Positions 22,462 through 33,800 of a stretch of DNA of 64,000 nt are shown here, piece after piece. The notes beneath the pieces were generated by a model. It was not told the DNA's origin, did not search any database, and saw only the letters and a list, made by a program, of their open reading frames with translations. A program made the position numbers and the translations under genes. Position 1 is the first letter of the stretch; every line of letters starts with the position of its first letter. The DNA comes from Macrostomum lignano (taxonomy: Eukaryota), in assembly GCA_002269645.1 (NCBI GenBank), contig NIVC01003511.1:30374-94373 (forward strand). Reading direction: 5' to 3'.

Positions 22462-25190
22462 CCCTTCTACGGTGCTGCGGGTGCCGGTGGCGGCTTCAGT
22501 GGCGGCGGCGGCGGCGGGTCCTGCTGCTCCGGAAGCGGCTGCAACTTCACTGCTGTTGCTTCTTCTTCTTCTTCTTCAGACATGCGCACCGCGATCGACG
22601 AGGGTCGGAGCTGAGGACCGCAAGGGGGGGGGGGGCACGGGGTGCCGAACTGGTGGGTGCGACGACCACACAGGGCCGGGCACGCACAGAGCCAGTGCTC
22701 CACGGTTTCAGGTTCCAGGTTGCAGAAGGGGCAGGAGGAGTCCGCCGACGCGTCAAGTAAGGCGTGGTAAGCGCGGAGCGACCGGCAGTGGCCAGCCCGG
22801 AGTTGGGCGAGCAGGCGCTGGTCGGCCCGGCAGGTGACGGCGGCGCGGTCCTGAGCATGACTAACGAGTTCGTAGGCGGCGGACGTGCGCGGGTGGCTAG
22901 GATGGTCAACGATATGGCGCTGACAGGCAGCCGCGGCCGCGCGGAAGGAAATAGGAGACGAGGGGTCGGCAGGCGACTCCCCTCCTTGGCCAGGTGGTCG
23001 GCGAGCTCGTTCCCGGGAATTCCGCAGTGCCCCGGGATCCACTGAACCACGACGTCCGTGTCAATGCGGGCGAGCGAGGTCAGGGCGCGGCCGATCGAGC
23101 GGTTGGAGTTAGACAGGGCCACCACCAGGCTTTGACTGTCGGTGCAGAAGACGAAACGGCGAATAGAAACAGAATCGGCAGCCCAGGCGAAGGCGGCGAC
23201 TTCCTCATCGAACGAGGAGGTAGCAGGGGCGCCGCGGAAGGAAGCCGAGTGCAAGATGGATGGGTGGGCCGGGTCGCTTTGGGTGACAACGAAGGCGTGG
23301 CCGCCGGCCGAGACCCCTTTCTGGGCGAGGCCGTCAGAGTAGATGACCAGGGAGGTGCCTGGAGGGCTGTGCAGGTGGTCACGGACCCGGTCCAAGGCGC
23401 GGGCGCGGAAGTCCGAGTCGGAGAGCACCAACGCTGGACCGAGGGAGTGGTCGAACACGCGGGTGCGATCAGGCGGTGGAGGAGGAATCACGGCATCGGC
23501 AGGGTAGAGCGGAAGGCGGGGGGCCATGGTCAACGGAAGACGCTCCAAGAGGCGAGAAGCGGCCTGGCGCCAGCTGGATCTGACCAGGCGGTGCTGTACC
23601 GTACCATCCGCGGCACGTCGTCGAGGGTGATTCGGCGGGAGGCGAAGGGCCTTCTCCCAGGAGCGGGCGAGCAGGCGCAGGCTGTGGGTTCTGTAGCTGG
23701 GAACGTCGGCCTCCAGTCTGATGGCGTCCACCGGGGACGATTGGAGTTGGCCCGTGATGATGCGGAGCGCCCGGTTTTGACAGCGATCGAGGTCATCAAT
23801 TAGCGGGACTCGCTCAGCCAGGGCTGCCAGGCGGGGGCAGCATAGTCCAGCACTGAGCGGATCAGCGCGTTGAAGACCAAGCGGAGTTTATCTTTGCGCC
23901 AGCCCCAGTCCTGGTTGGCAAGCGCGGCGAGCACGCGACAGCGGCTGCGGGCCTTCGAAACGAGGTCCCTGACGTGAGGGCCAAAGCTGAGGGTGCGGTC
24001 CAGGACGACGCCGAGAAAGCGCGGGTTGGCGTCAAAGGGCAGAGACGAGCCGTTGAGAAGCAGCTGTGGTTGAAGTGACGCCTCCGCGGTCAAGTTGGAG
24101 AAGAGCGACACCACGCTCTTGGACGGATTTAGCGTCATCTTCATGCGCGCACTCCACTCAGCAGCAGCGTCGAGTCCAGCCTGGAGGGACTCCGTGGCGG
24201 AAGCGACCGACGAGTGCTACGCGCGGATGGTGAGGTCGTCGGCGTAGAGTGAGGGGGTGATCGCGGGAGGCATGGTGCGAGCGACGCCATCGATGAAGAG
24301 CCGAAAAAGGAACGGGGCGATCACCGAACCTTGGGGCAGGCCTTGGCGGAGAGGCAGAGGGTGGCTCAAGGCGCCATTGACGTTGACGCGGGCGGAGCAG
24401 TCGCATAGGAAGGCGAAACACCATCTCACCAGCGGGGCCGGGGCCTGGAAGTCCAGCATGATGTGGACGAGCATTTGTCTCCACACACGGTCGAACGCTC
24501 TACTGTAGTCGAGCAGGGCGACGAGTGTCCGAAGGTGTGGACGAAGCTGGAAGCCGTCGCTGATGGCTTGGACAAGCTCGAGGACGAGGTCCTTACAGGA
24601 GCGGAGGCGGCGGAAGCCAGCTTGGCAGTGATGGATCCAGCCGTGACTCTCAGCGAGATCGTAAAGCCGGATGAAGATGATCCGCTCAAGGAGTTTGACC
24701 ACACAGGATGTGAGGCTAACTGGGCGGAAGCTGTCGACGCGGCAGGCCGGCTTACCGTGCTTGAGCAGCGGGATGATGGTGGCGCGGCGCCAGTGAGCCG
24801 GGACGGTCCCGGTCAGAAGCGAGATGATGCAAGGCTGAGCGGGGCGGTTAGCGGGCGTAGCCGGATCGGCCGGATCAGCCAGGGGTGGCGGCCGGCCAAG
24901 GTGGTGATGCTGGAGTTGGGAGGAGCATCGCGGTCAGGATGGAGCGAACAGGTCCAGGAAGGATTCCGGGCGTAACGCGAGGCCCCGGAGCAGGAGCAGT
25001 GGCACGCCGAATCGCATCCCGGGACGGAGCAGTGAAGGTGGCAAGCACCACGGCGGAAAGCTTTGCCGCTTTGCCGCAGCGAAAGCAGACGGTGCATCTG
25101 CAGTGCTCGGTCGCGGCGGAGGCAGGGTACGGAGCCGGAGCTGCCTGCGGTCTGATGGCGTCCGACGGCCGGTGAAGAAGGCAGAGCCAG
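22461..25190 (-). mobile_element. 5'-truncated I/Ingi-group LINE: RT + RNase H + CCHC zinc knuckle, disabled
   Basis: RT motifs FRPVSLTSCVVKLLERI, LDYSRAFDRV, GLPQGSVIAP and YADD. RNase H motifs IYSDG, FCTDSQS and WIPGHCGIPGNELADHLAK. Knuckle CPFC..ETVEHWLCAC. There is an in-frame TAG at 24217-24219 and frameshifts near 23810, 22980 and 22630. No APE domain; the 5' boundary is approximate. Confidence 0.9.
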
Positions 25191-25986
25191 TTGCTTTTGG
25201 GCTCGGTCCGATTATCCTAAGATTAAACAATGAGCGGCAAGTCCGACTGTGTTTTCCTGCGGTGTTAAACCCTTCTCTTGAGATGGTATACTTCCAATCT
25301 AAATCACGTAATTCACGTAAATACAAAGGATGTAAGCTTCTTAAGTACGAAGTATGAAGCAGTCAGAAACGGAATTTATCGATACTTATCAGTACTCTCG
25401 GCTGATCTGGTGTTCGAGGCTAAGCCTGTATTGCTTGTCGATCGGGTGTGAACTGTAGATTTGATTGGTTTGGTTTCTATCAATGTCTAATTATTTTGCC
25501 AATGAGTCGGAAGTAGAGGAAATGGATAAAGGGTCTGTGAGCTGGCTAGAGTGTAAGAAGTACAAGGGGAGTTCCAAGAGAGGTCTAAGGACTGCTTCGT
25601 ACTTTCGTGCATTGAAATACAGCGCGATGTTAGGCTGCTATTGGTAGCCTGCGTTTAGCGAATCAGCAGATGAAAGTGCATAGATGGAGTTATGTGCTAA
25701 AACGCATGCGGTGGAAATGGCTACATTTCAAATGGGACTACTACTTCCCAACTAAATGGGAACTTTTATGTCCCAAGTTCAATGGAATGCGAAGCTACTG
25801 CAAACACTTATTTATGCACATTATGCACATCTGGCTATATGCAAAAGACGCACAGAATGGCTGATGCTCGTTCGAACTCATTTTTGTGCAGATGAAGCAA
25901 CAAGCCGCACCACCCAGCCTCCAGGTGAGCAGATTGCTCAGCTGTCCACAGACTTCTCTGCGTCTTTCCGAGCTCGAGTCTCCCCC

Positions 25987-26000
25987 GTTGCCATGGCAAC
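25987..26000. promoter_or_regulatory. Perfect palindromic RFX X-box GTTGCCATGGCAAC
   Basis: Exact match to the X-box consensus. No target gene identified nearby. Confidence 0.35.
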
Positions 26001-26235
26001 TGGAGCAGCTCTGCAGCGTCTGTGCAGTTAAGGGCTCTGCACATCTCCTGCTCACTGCGTGAGGGGCCGAGCCGTGAGGCAGCCTCAGACCTCATGACAC
26101 TCTGCAAGCCCTTTGAAAACAATGGCCAGCTTCATTGCATGCCTGCTTCATCAGCTCTGACTTCCCCACACTGTTGTGTGCATTGCACTGAGTGGGGCTC
26201 AGAAATGATGCTGCGAAATATTGAAATATGAAATG

Positions 26236-26580
26236 GGACACAGCGGGTCACGGCAAGTCAGGACACAGCGGGTCACGGCTAGTCAGGACACAGTGGGTCA
26301 CGGCAAGTCAGGACACAGCGGGTCACGGCAAGTCAGGACACAGCGGGTCACGGCAAGTCAGGACACAGCGGGTCACGGCAAGTCAGGACACAGCGGGTCA
26401 CGGCAAGTCAGGACACAGCGGGTCACGGCAAGTCAGGACACAGCGGGTCACGGCAAGCCAAACGGTGTCTCTATTATTTAACTGAAAACTCTTGAGTAAG
26501 CACTGGGTTTCCTGCTCCAACAGTTGCTAATAAAAAGTTAGTCCAAAAATCAAATACAAAAATCAGTGCCGGAAAAGCGC
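26236..26580 (+). mobile_element. Second copy of the 25-bp minisatellite (about 9 units) + conserved flank element
   Basis: Array at 26236-26457; the flank 26458-26580 is homologous to 12057-12185. Confidence 0.75.
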
Positions 26581-26899
26581 CAAACCTGTGGCTGAAAATG
26601 TGAAAAATTCTCGGCAACAGAAAATCTGGTGCAATATTTGATATATTGCGGTACGGCAAATACATGTAGTTTAGGCCCTAAACAAACCTATTATTGGAGC
26701 ATGTAGAGATTTTAAAGCTTATAGTCCTATTTGCCTATCGCCGGTCGGCGAGTTCTACCAGACTTTCTCCAATAGTTGCAGGTACGGTACAAGTATATAA
26801 CGAACGTGATTTAAGCTGTTCCAGGCAGATTTAGAGAGTGATAATCCTAATTAATAATGACTGATAGACTTGACGCTTTTATTATTTGATCCAAATTAC

Positions 26900-27540
26900 A
26901 CAATTCTTAATAACGCAACTCGCAACGCAATTAATATTTGAGCACTGATAATAATAATAACGATATAATTAGATAACGCAGATTGGTGAGCGGATTTCAG
27001 CTCTGAAGAACGGAAGAAGAGAGGACCGACACAGGACCACGGAGAAAGATCCCTAACCACTGGCCTAATTCCCAGAACCTACTCTCAGGCGAGGACCCTG
27101 ACGGATTGACAGTTCAGCGGAGCTCTGGCTAAGTCCTACCAGCTCTGCCCTTCAGTGCAACACTGAGGCCCTCGGGGTCGAGGCCACGCTCTCTGGACAA
27201 GGTTATCGCGAGCGTTTCACTGGAAAGGCTATTGTGGTTGGGCGGGGAGCAAAGCAAAGCAAAGACCGGGGGTCGATTCAAATCGAGCGCCTCAAAGCGC
27301 AAAGGTAGAATGGCCGGGAACGGGACAAACGAGAAGAGAAAACGAGAGTGAGATCTCTGAGATCCGACCGCCAAAAACACACTTTCATATATATAGTCAC
27401 TTCCAAACCCTTCAAACCCCTCCTCACGCCGGGTGGTGGGTGTCTGGCCGGCCACTCGTTAAGCCGACTCACATTGGACCCGCGGCGCTCTCTCAGGCTA
27501 GAATGATCGTGATTGGCTGGCCGCGCAAAGCCGGGGTACA
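26900..27540 (-). mobile_element. Possible solo LTR
   Basis: The minus strand starts TGTACCCC and carries CCAAT, TATATATA and then a pyrimidine-rich tract. No 3' CA end or TSD could be confirmed. Confidence 0.25.
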
Positions 27541-28610
27541 CTGCAAACCGTTGACCCTCCGCTGAGTCACTCTTGACTGGAAATTTGCGTCTAGCTTTCT
27601 GACCTGTTTACACTAAAAATAAACTCTAACTAACAAAAAGTCAAAATAGAAACGTGAAATCTTTTTAAATAAACTCTGATAGCTTAAGCCTTGTAAAAGC
27701 TTTTGAGAGGTTTAGTATCCAATACAAGCATTCAAGCAAGCAAGCATACAAACCTTAGAGATTTAGTATAGGTAGATTGCAACGTTCCATTACTTTGTTT
27801 AGAAGCTTCCGTCATGGCGCACAAGTCAGACGCATTTTCCGCCGAGTTGCTCTGTCCCCAAGCTTCCATCATAGAAAACCGCCACCTTTAGAGCGTTGGC
27901 AGATCGATTGACTTCAGCTCACTACACTGCAAATGGCACAAGGTCCTGCTTACTTTATAAAATGTAATCAAGCTTCGATGAATCCACTTTAGTTACCTAG
28001 GGATGTTAAATAATGGAAGTTTATTAGATTCGCACAAAAATCTTTTTAAGCCACGTGTTAATTACCAAAAAGTAAGACTAGGGAGCCGTTGTGTTATCAC
28101 ATAAGTTTAATTAGAAGCAGCAATTATTAAGGAGTATAATTTCGAACAACAAATCAGTCACTTGTCTTCGGTTTCAAATTCGGATTTCGGACCAGCCGCA
28201 GTTCCCTGGTCACTCGGACGCCGTGCCAGGCCGAACCGTACGCCAGCTGCTGCTCTTCGACGCGTCGTCGGACGGCCGATGATCCGAACGTCTGCCGATT
28301 GATGAGCAACGAGAACAGCAGCAGGGCCAGGACAAATGTTGTTAGAATTGTTGAGGCCGAGATTAAATTCCATTTATTGTGAATTAATGCTAGCGGGTTT
28401 TCAGTTTTTGTACCAGCAATTCTAACCATTGCTTGGTTATTGATTGATCGATGCAGCTCAGTGTGCTGAAGTATAAAACGTACGTCGTAAAGGAACTTCA
28501 GAATGTCAGTCTTCTCTTGAACTTTCCTATTGTGTTTTTACCATAGACTATTTGAAAAGAGAATTAAGATGGTTTAAAGTCATTTTACATTCCGGATTAA
28601 AGTTGTTTTG

Positions 28611-29988
28611 GTCAAGGAGGGTCATTGTGGACTCATAAGCGTGATTGTAGAGTCAGGAGTGTCATTGTGGAGTCAAGAGTGTCATTGTGGAGTTAGGAGT
28701 GTTATTGTGGAGTCAGGAGTGTCATATTGGAGTCAGGAGTGTCATTGTGGAGTCAGGAGTGTTATTGTGAAGTCAGAAGTGTCATTGTGGAGTCAGAAGT
28801 GTCATTGTGGAGTCAGGAGTGTCATTGTGGAGTCAGGAGTGTCATTGTGGAGTCAGGAGTGTCATTGTGGAGTCAGGAGTGTCATTGCGGAGTCAGGAGT
28901 GTCATTGTGGAGTCAGGAGTGTCATTGTGGAGTCAGGAGTGTCATTGTGGAGTTAGGAGTGTCATTGTGGAGTCAGGAGTGTCATTTTGGAGTCAAGAGT
29001 GTCATTGAGGAGTCAGAAGTGTCATTGTAGAGTCAGAAGTGTCATAGCGGAGTCAGAAGTGTCATTGTGAAGTCAGGAGTGTCATTGTGGAATCAGGAGT
29101 GTCATTGTGGAGTCAGGAGTGTCATTGTGAAGTCGGGAGTGTCATTGCGGAGTCAGAAGTGTCATTGTGGAGTCAGAAGTGTCATTGCGGAGTCAGAGGT
29201 GTCATTGCGGAGTCAGGAGTGTCATTGTGGAGTCAGGAGTGTCATTGTGGAGTCAGGAGTGTCATTGTGGAGTCAGGAGTGTCATTGTGGAGTCAGGAGT
29301 GTCATTGTGGAGTCAGGAGTGTCATTGTGGAGTCAGGAGTGTCATTGTGGAGTCAGGAGTGTCATTGTGGAGTCAGGAGTGTCATTGTGGAGTCAGGAGT
29401 GTCATTGTGGAGTCAGGAGTATCATTGTGGAGTCAGGAGTGTCATTGTGGAGTCAGGAGTGTCATTGTGGAGTCAGGAGTGTCATTGTGGAGTCAGGAGT
29501 GTCATTGTAGAGTCAGGAGTATCATTGTGGAGTCAGGAGTGTCATTGTGGAGTCAGGAGTGTCATTGTGGAGTTAGGAGTGTCATTGAGGACTCAGGAGT
29601 GTTTTTTTGGAGTCAGAAGTGTCATTGTGGAGTCAGGAGTGTCATTGTGGAGTCAGGAGTGTCATTGTGGAGTCAGGAGTGTCATTGCGGAGTCAGGAGT
29701 GTCATTGTGGAGTCAGAGGTGTCATTGTGGAGTCAGGAGTGTCATTGTGGAATCAGGAGTGTCATTGTGGAGTCAGGAGTGTCATTGTGGAGTCAGGAGT
29801 GTCATTGTGGAGTCAGGAGTGTCATTGTGGAGTCAGGAGTGTCATTGTGGAGTCAGGAGTGTCATTGTGGAGTCAGGAGTGTCATTGTGGAGTCAGGAGT
29901 GTCATTGTAGAGTCAGGAGTGTCATTGTGGAGTCAGGAGTGTCATTGTGGAGTCAGGAGTGTCATTGAGGAGTCAGATCTGTCATTGT
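28611..29988. repeat. 20-bp tandem satellite GTCATTGTGGAGTCAGGAGT, about 69 copies
   Basis: The unit stays in register across about 1.37 kb, with substitutions only and no indels. Confidence 0.97.
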
Positions 29989-30829
29989 ACGGTGGAATAT
30001 CATCGTGGGCTTCAACTCAAGGGGGAGGTGCTAATTGCAAGCTCAAAGTGGTTGGCAAATGGCTCTAAGCAAAATTTATTGATTTTTCATTCATATACTG
30101 ATTTTACTAACGACGAGAATATTGGCAATATATTAAATGATTGACAGAAAATACTAAATTTTGTAATCTAACCAATATCCAGTCTTTAACTTGTCATGAC
30201 ATGTATTTGCAAGTCCTAGAAAACAACTCAAAGGTCGTTTCGGACCTAGAAAACAGGTTGTTGCTAAAGATCTGCGAGCATACGACGTATCAGGCAGTTC
30301 ATTTCTATCGGAAATTTTCTAGACATTAATAGCAGCATTTCAACGAATGGTCACGCAATGGAAATGTACAGCCGCATTTTATTGGGTTTTACCCAGTAAT
30401 TTGCCACCCGAACCTGCCTCTCTCTCTCTATCTTAAGTCTCTTCAAGCGAAAAACTTGTCTGTCCAAACACCCCCTTTTGCATACACACAGCTGAACTAC
30501 CAAATTAGCCCCTTAGCCCCTCAACCCTACCCCCCCGCTGAGCGCGAGCAGTCACGTGATGTTCTAAAACAACACCGTACTTGCCTAGGCATAGCCAGAC
30601 AGAGCTACAGGGGTATGACAAGTTAAACAAAATATATCAATGTATTTCTCGGTCCTGCCCGCCCCTCTCTCGGCACACAAAATGTAGCTCTTCACTTTAA
30701 ATAGTTTAAGAGTTGAAGTTTTGCTAGCTTTTTGCGTGCATTTTGTGCAGTCTTTTTTCTGTTAGAGCTCTTCATAAGGCTTGAGTCTCAAAACAGCGCG
30801 AAAGTACCTGTTGCTCTCTGTTGAGTAAA

Positions 30830-33800
30830 ATGAACCGATACCAGAACGTGTCACCGGAACAAGTCGAAAGCAATCGTCAGCCGCAAGGAGCTGATCAATC
30901 AGCTTTCGCGGCATTCGCGTCCTGCTTCCGCTGCGGTCAAAGTCACTCCTCCGCGGGCAGTTGCAGCAGCGGCAGCAACAGTCCGCCATCGGCCGCAGCT
31001 GCCGATGGGTCAACAGATCGACACCGAACTCGAGCAGAGTCGCGTCGGGAGATTCGTCGATTGCGTACTCGACTGTTTGAGTTTATTAACAGCAAACAGC
31101 AGCCGAGAAACTACAGTCTGATGATCAGGTACCTGCTGCACTGGCAGGTCAGCGTGTACAGTCTGGTTTGGACTGACGTCCTGCTGTGGATCGGTCTGTA
31201 CACCGTGGTCAACGTGCTGTACAGACACGCGCTCGACCCGAATCAACAAGCAACATTTGTAAGGATTGTACATTCAGTTGGAGTCTGGCAGTCTAATGTG
31301 CCCGTTACGTTTCTGCTTGGTTTCTACGTCAGCACCGTGGTTGATCGCTGGTGGAAGGCCTACCTGGTTAGTATGGATTTATGTACCTTTAAAGGCATGG
31401 AATGTTTTTGTAACTAAATGATTTTAAGATGGGATTATTGGGTGCATATCTAATTGATCATGGATTGGATTATTGGGTGTCTAATTGATCATAAATTGGA
31501 TTATTGAGTGTCTAATTGATCATGGATGGGATTATTGGGTGTCTAATTGATCATAAATTGGATTATTGAGTGTCTTATTGATCATGGATTGGATGACTAA
31601 TTGATTATGGATTGGATGACTAATTGATCATGGATTGGACTGTTGGCTGTTTAATTGATCATGGATTGGACTGTTGGGTGTCTAATTCATCATGGATTGG
31701 ACTGTTGGGTGTTTAATTCATCATGGATTGGACTGTTGGGTGTTTAATTGATCATGGATTGGACTGTTGGGTGTTTAATTGATCATGGATTGGACTATTG
31801 GGTGTTTAATTGATCATGGATTGGACTGTTGGGTGTTTAATTCATCTTGGATTGGACTATTGGGTGTTTAATTCATCATGGATTGGACTGTTGGGTGTTT
31901 AATTGATCATGCATTGGACTGTTGGGTGTTTAATTGATCATGGATTGGACTGTTGGGTGTTTAATTGATCATGGATTGGACTGTTGGGTGTTTAATTGAT
32001 CATGCATTGGACTGTTGGGTGTTTAATTGATCATGGATTGGACTGTTGGGTGTTTAATTCATCATGGATTGGACTATTGGGTGTTTAATTGATCATGGAT
32101 TGGACTGTTGGGTGTTTAATTCATCTTGGATTGGACTATTGGGTGTTTAATTCATCATGGATTGGACTGTTGGGTGTGTAATTGATCATGCATTGGACTG
32201 TTGGGTGTTTAATTCATCATGGATTGGACTGTTGGGTGTTTAATTGATCATGGATTGGACTGTTGGGTGTTTAATTGATCATGGATTGGACTATTGGGTG
32301 TTTAATTGATCATGGATTGGACTGTTGGGTGTTTAATTGATCATGGATTGGACTGTTGGGTGTTTAATTGATCATGGATTGGACTGTTGGGTGTTTAATT
32401 GATCATGGATTGGACTATTGGGTGTTTAATTGATCATGGATTGGACTGTTGGGTGTTTAATTGATCATGGATTGGACTATTGGGTGTTTAATTGATCATG
32501 GATTGGACTGTTGGGTGTTTAATTGATCATGGATTGGACTGTTGGGTGTTTAATTGATCATGGATTGGACTGTTGGGTGTCTTATTGATCATGGATTGGA
32601 CTGTTGGGTGTCTAATTGATCATGGATTGGACTGTTGGGTGTCTAATTGATCATGGATTGGACTGTTGGGTGTCTAATTGATCATGGATTGGACTGTTGG
32701 GTGTCTAATTGATCATGGATTGGACTGTTGGGTGTCTAATTGATCATGGATTGGACTGTTGGGTGTTTAATTAATCATGGATTGGACTGTTGGGTGTTTA
32801 ATTGATCATGGATTGGACTGTTGGGTGTCTTATTGATCATGGATTGGACTGTTGGGTGTCTAATTGATCATGGATTGGACTGTTGGGTGTTTAATTAATC
32901 ATGGATAGGACTGTTGGGTGTCTAATTGATCATGGATTGGACTGTTGGGTGTCTAATTGATCATGGATTGGACTGTTGGGTGTTTAATTAATCATGGATT
33001 GGACTGTTGGGTGTTTAATTGATCATGGATTGGAATATTGATTTCAATTCAGTTGTACCTGCAATAACCATGAGCCCACCCGGCAATGCTACAGGACATT
33101 CCAACGATGTCAACGCCCGCCCTGAGAATCGAGTCTGCCGTGTTTAACAATCAGGATCCGAACAAAGCTGAGCGCATCCGCTTGACACTGTCCCGTTACA
33201 TGAACCTGGCATGGCTGCTCTACATGTGGAAAATTAGCGAGAAAATTAAGCAGAGATTTCGAATTTTGAAAAGTCTGATTGGCGAGAAAAATCGATACCC
33301 AGATAAGCGAACTGTTGGTGAGTGATTAGAGAGGCCGTGGCTTTAATTTGATTCCGATAGTGAGGTACGATTTAAAGTGGGAGAATCTCTGTCCTGAAGT
33401 GGAATTATCCGTCCTGAAGTGGGATTATCTGTCCTGAAGTGGGATTATCTGTCCTGAAGTGAAATTATCTGTCCTGAAGTGGGATTATCTGTCCTGAAGT
33501 GGAATTATCTGTCCTAAAGTGGGATTATCTGTCCTGAAGTGGGATTATCTGTCCTAAAGTTGCACTGTCGGTATTGAAGGCTTCTATGTCAATAATCTAG
33601 TTTCGCTATCCTAGAAACGGTCGAGCTTGGGAATTTTCGCGGTTCCTTCCACAGACTGGGGCAGCATACCATCGGCCAGACGTACCGACCAACGCAACGA
33701 GCGCGATCAGCACCATCATACTAAACTGCTAGCCGCCTCCGCTGGCCATCTGGAGAATTCCGGCAATGCTGAGGACGCCTTTCACTCCCGGGTTGGCAGT

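Noticed and set aside
22994-24975. Long plus-strand ORFs opposite the I/Ingi LINE (and minus-strand ORFs opposite the LOA element)
   Set aside because: Antisense shadows of GC-rich coding DNA.
25756-26231. Possible third ankyrin-kinase relic (gccatggcaac..ctgcagcgtctgtgc; RALHISC, MLRNIE)
   Set aside because: Similarity is short, partly explained by the X-box palindrome, and has no kinase exons nearby. It needs a profile search.
28608-30068. Multiple long VIVESGVSLWSQECHCG ORFs
   Set aside because: They are products of the 20-bp satellite read in all three frames.
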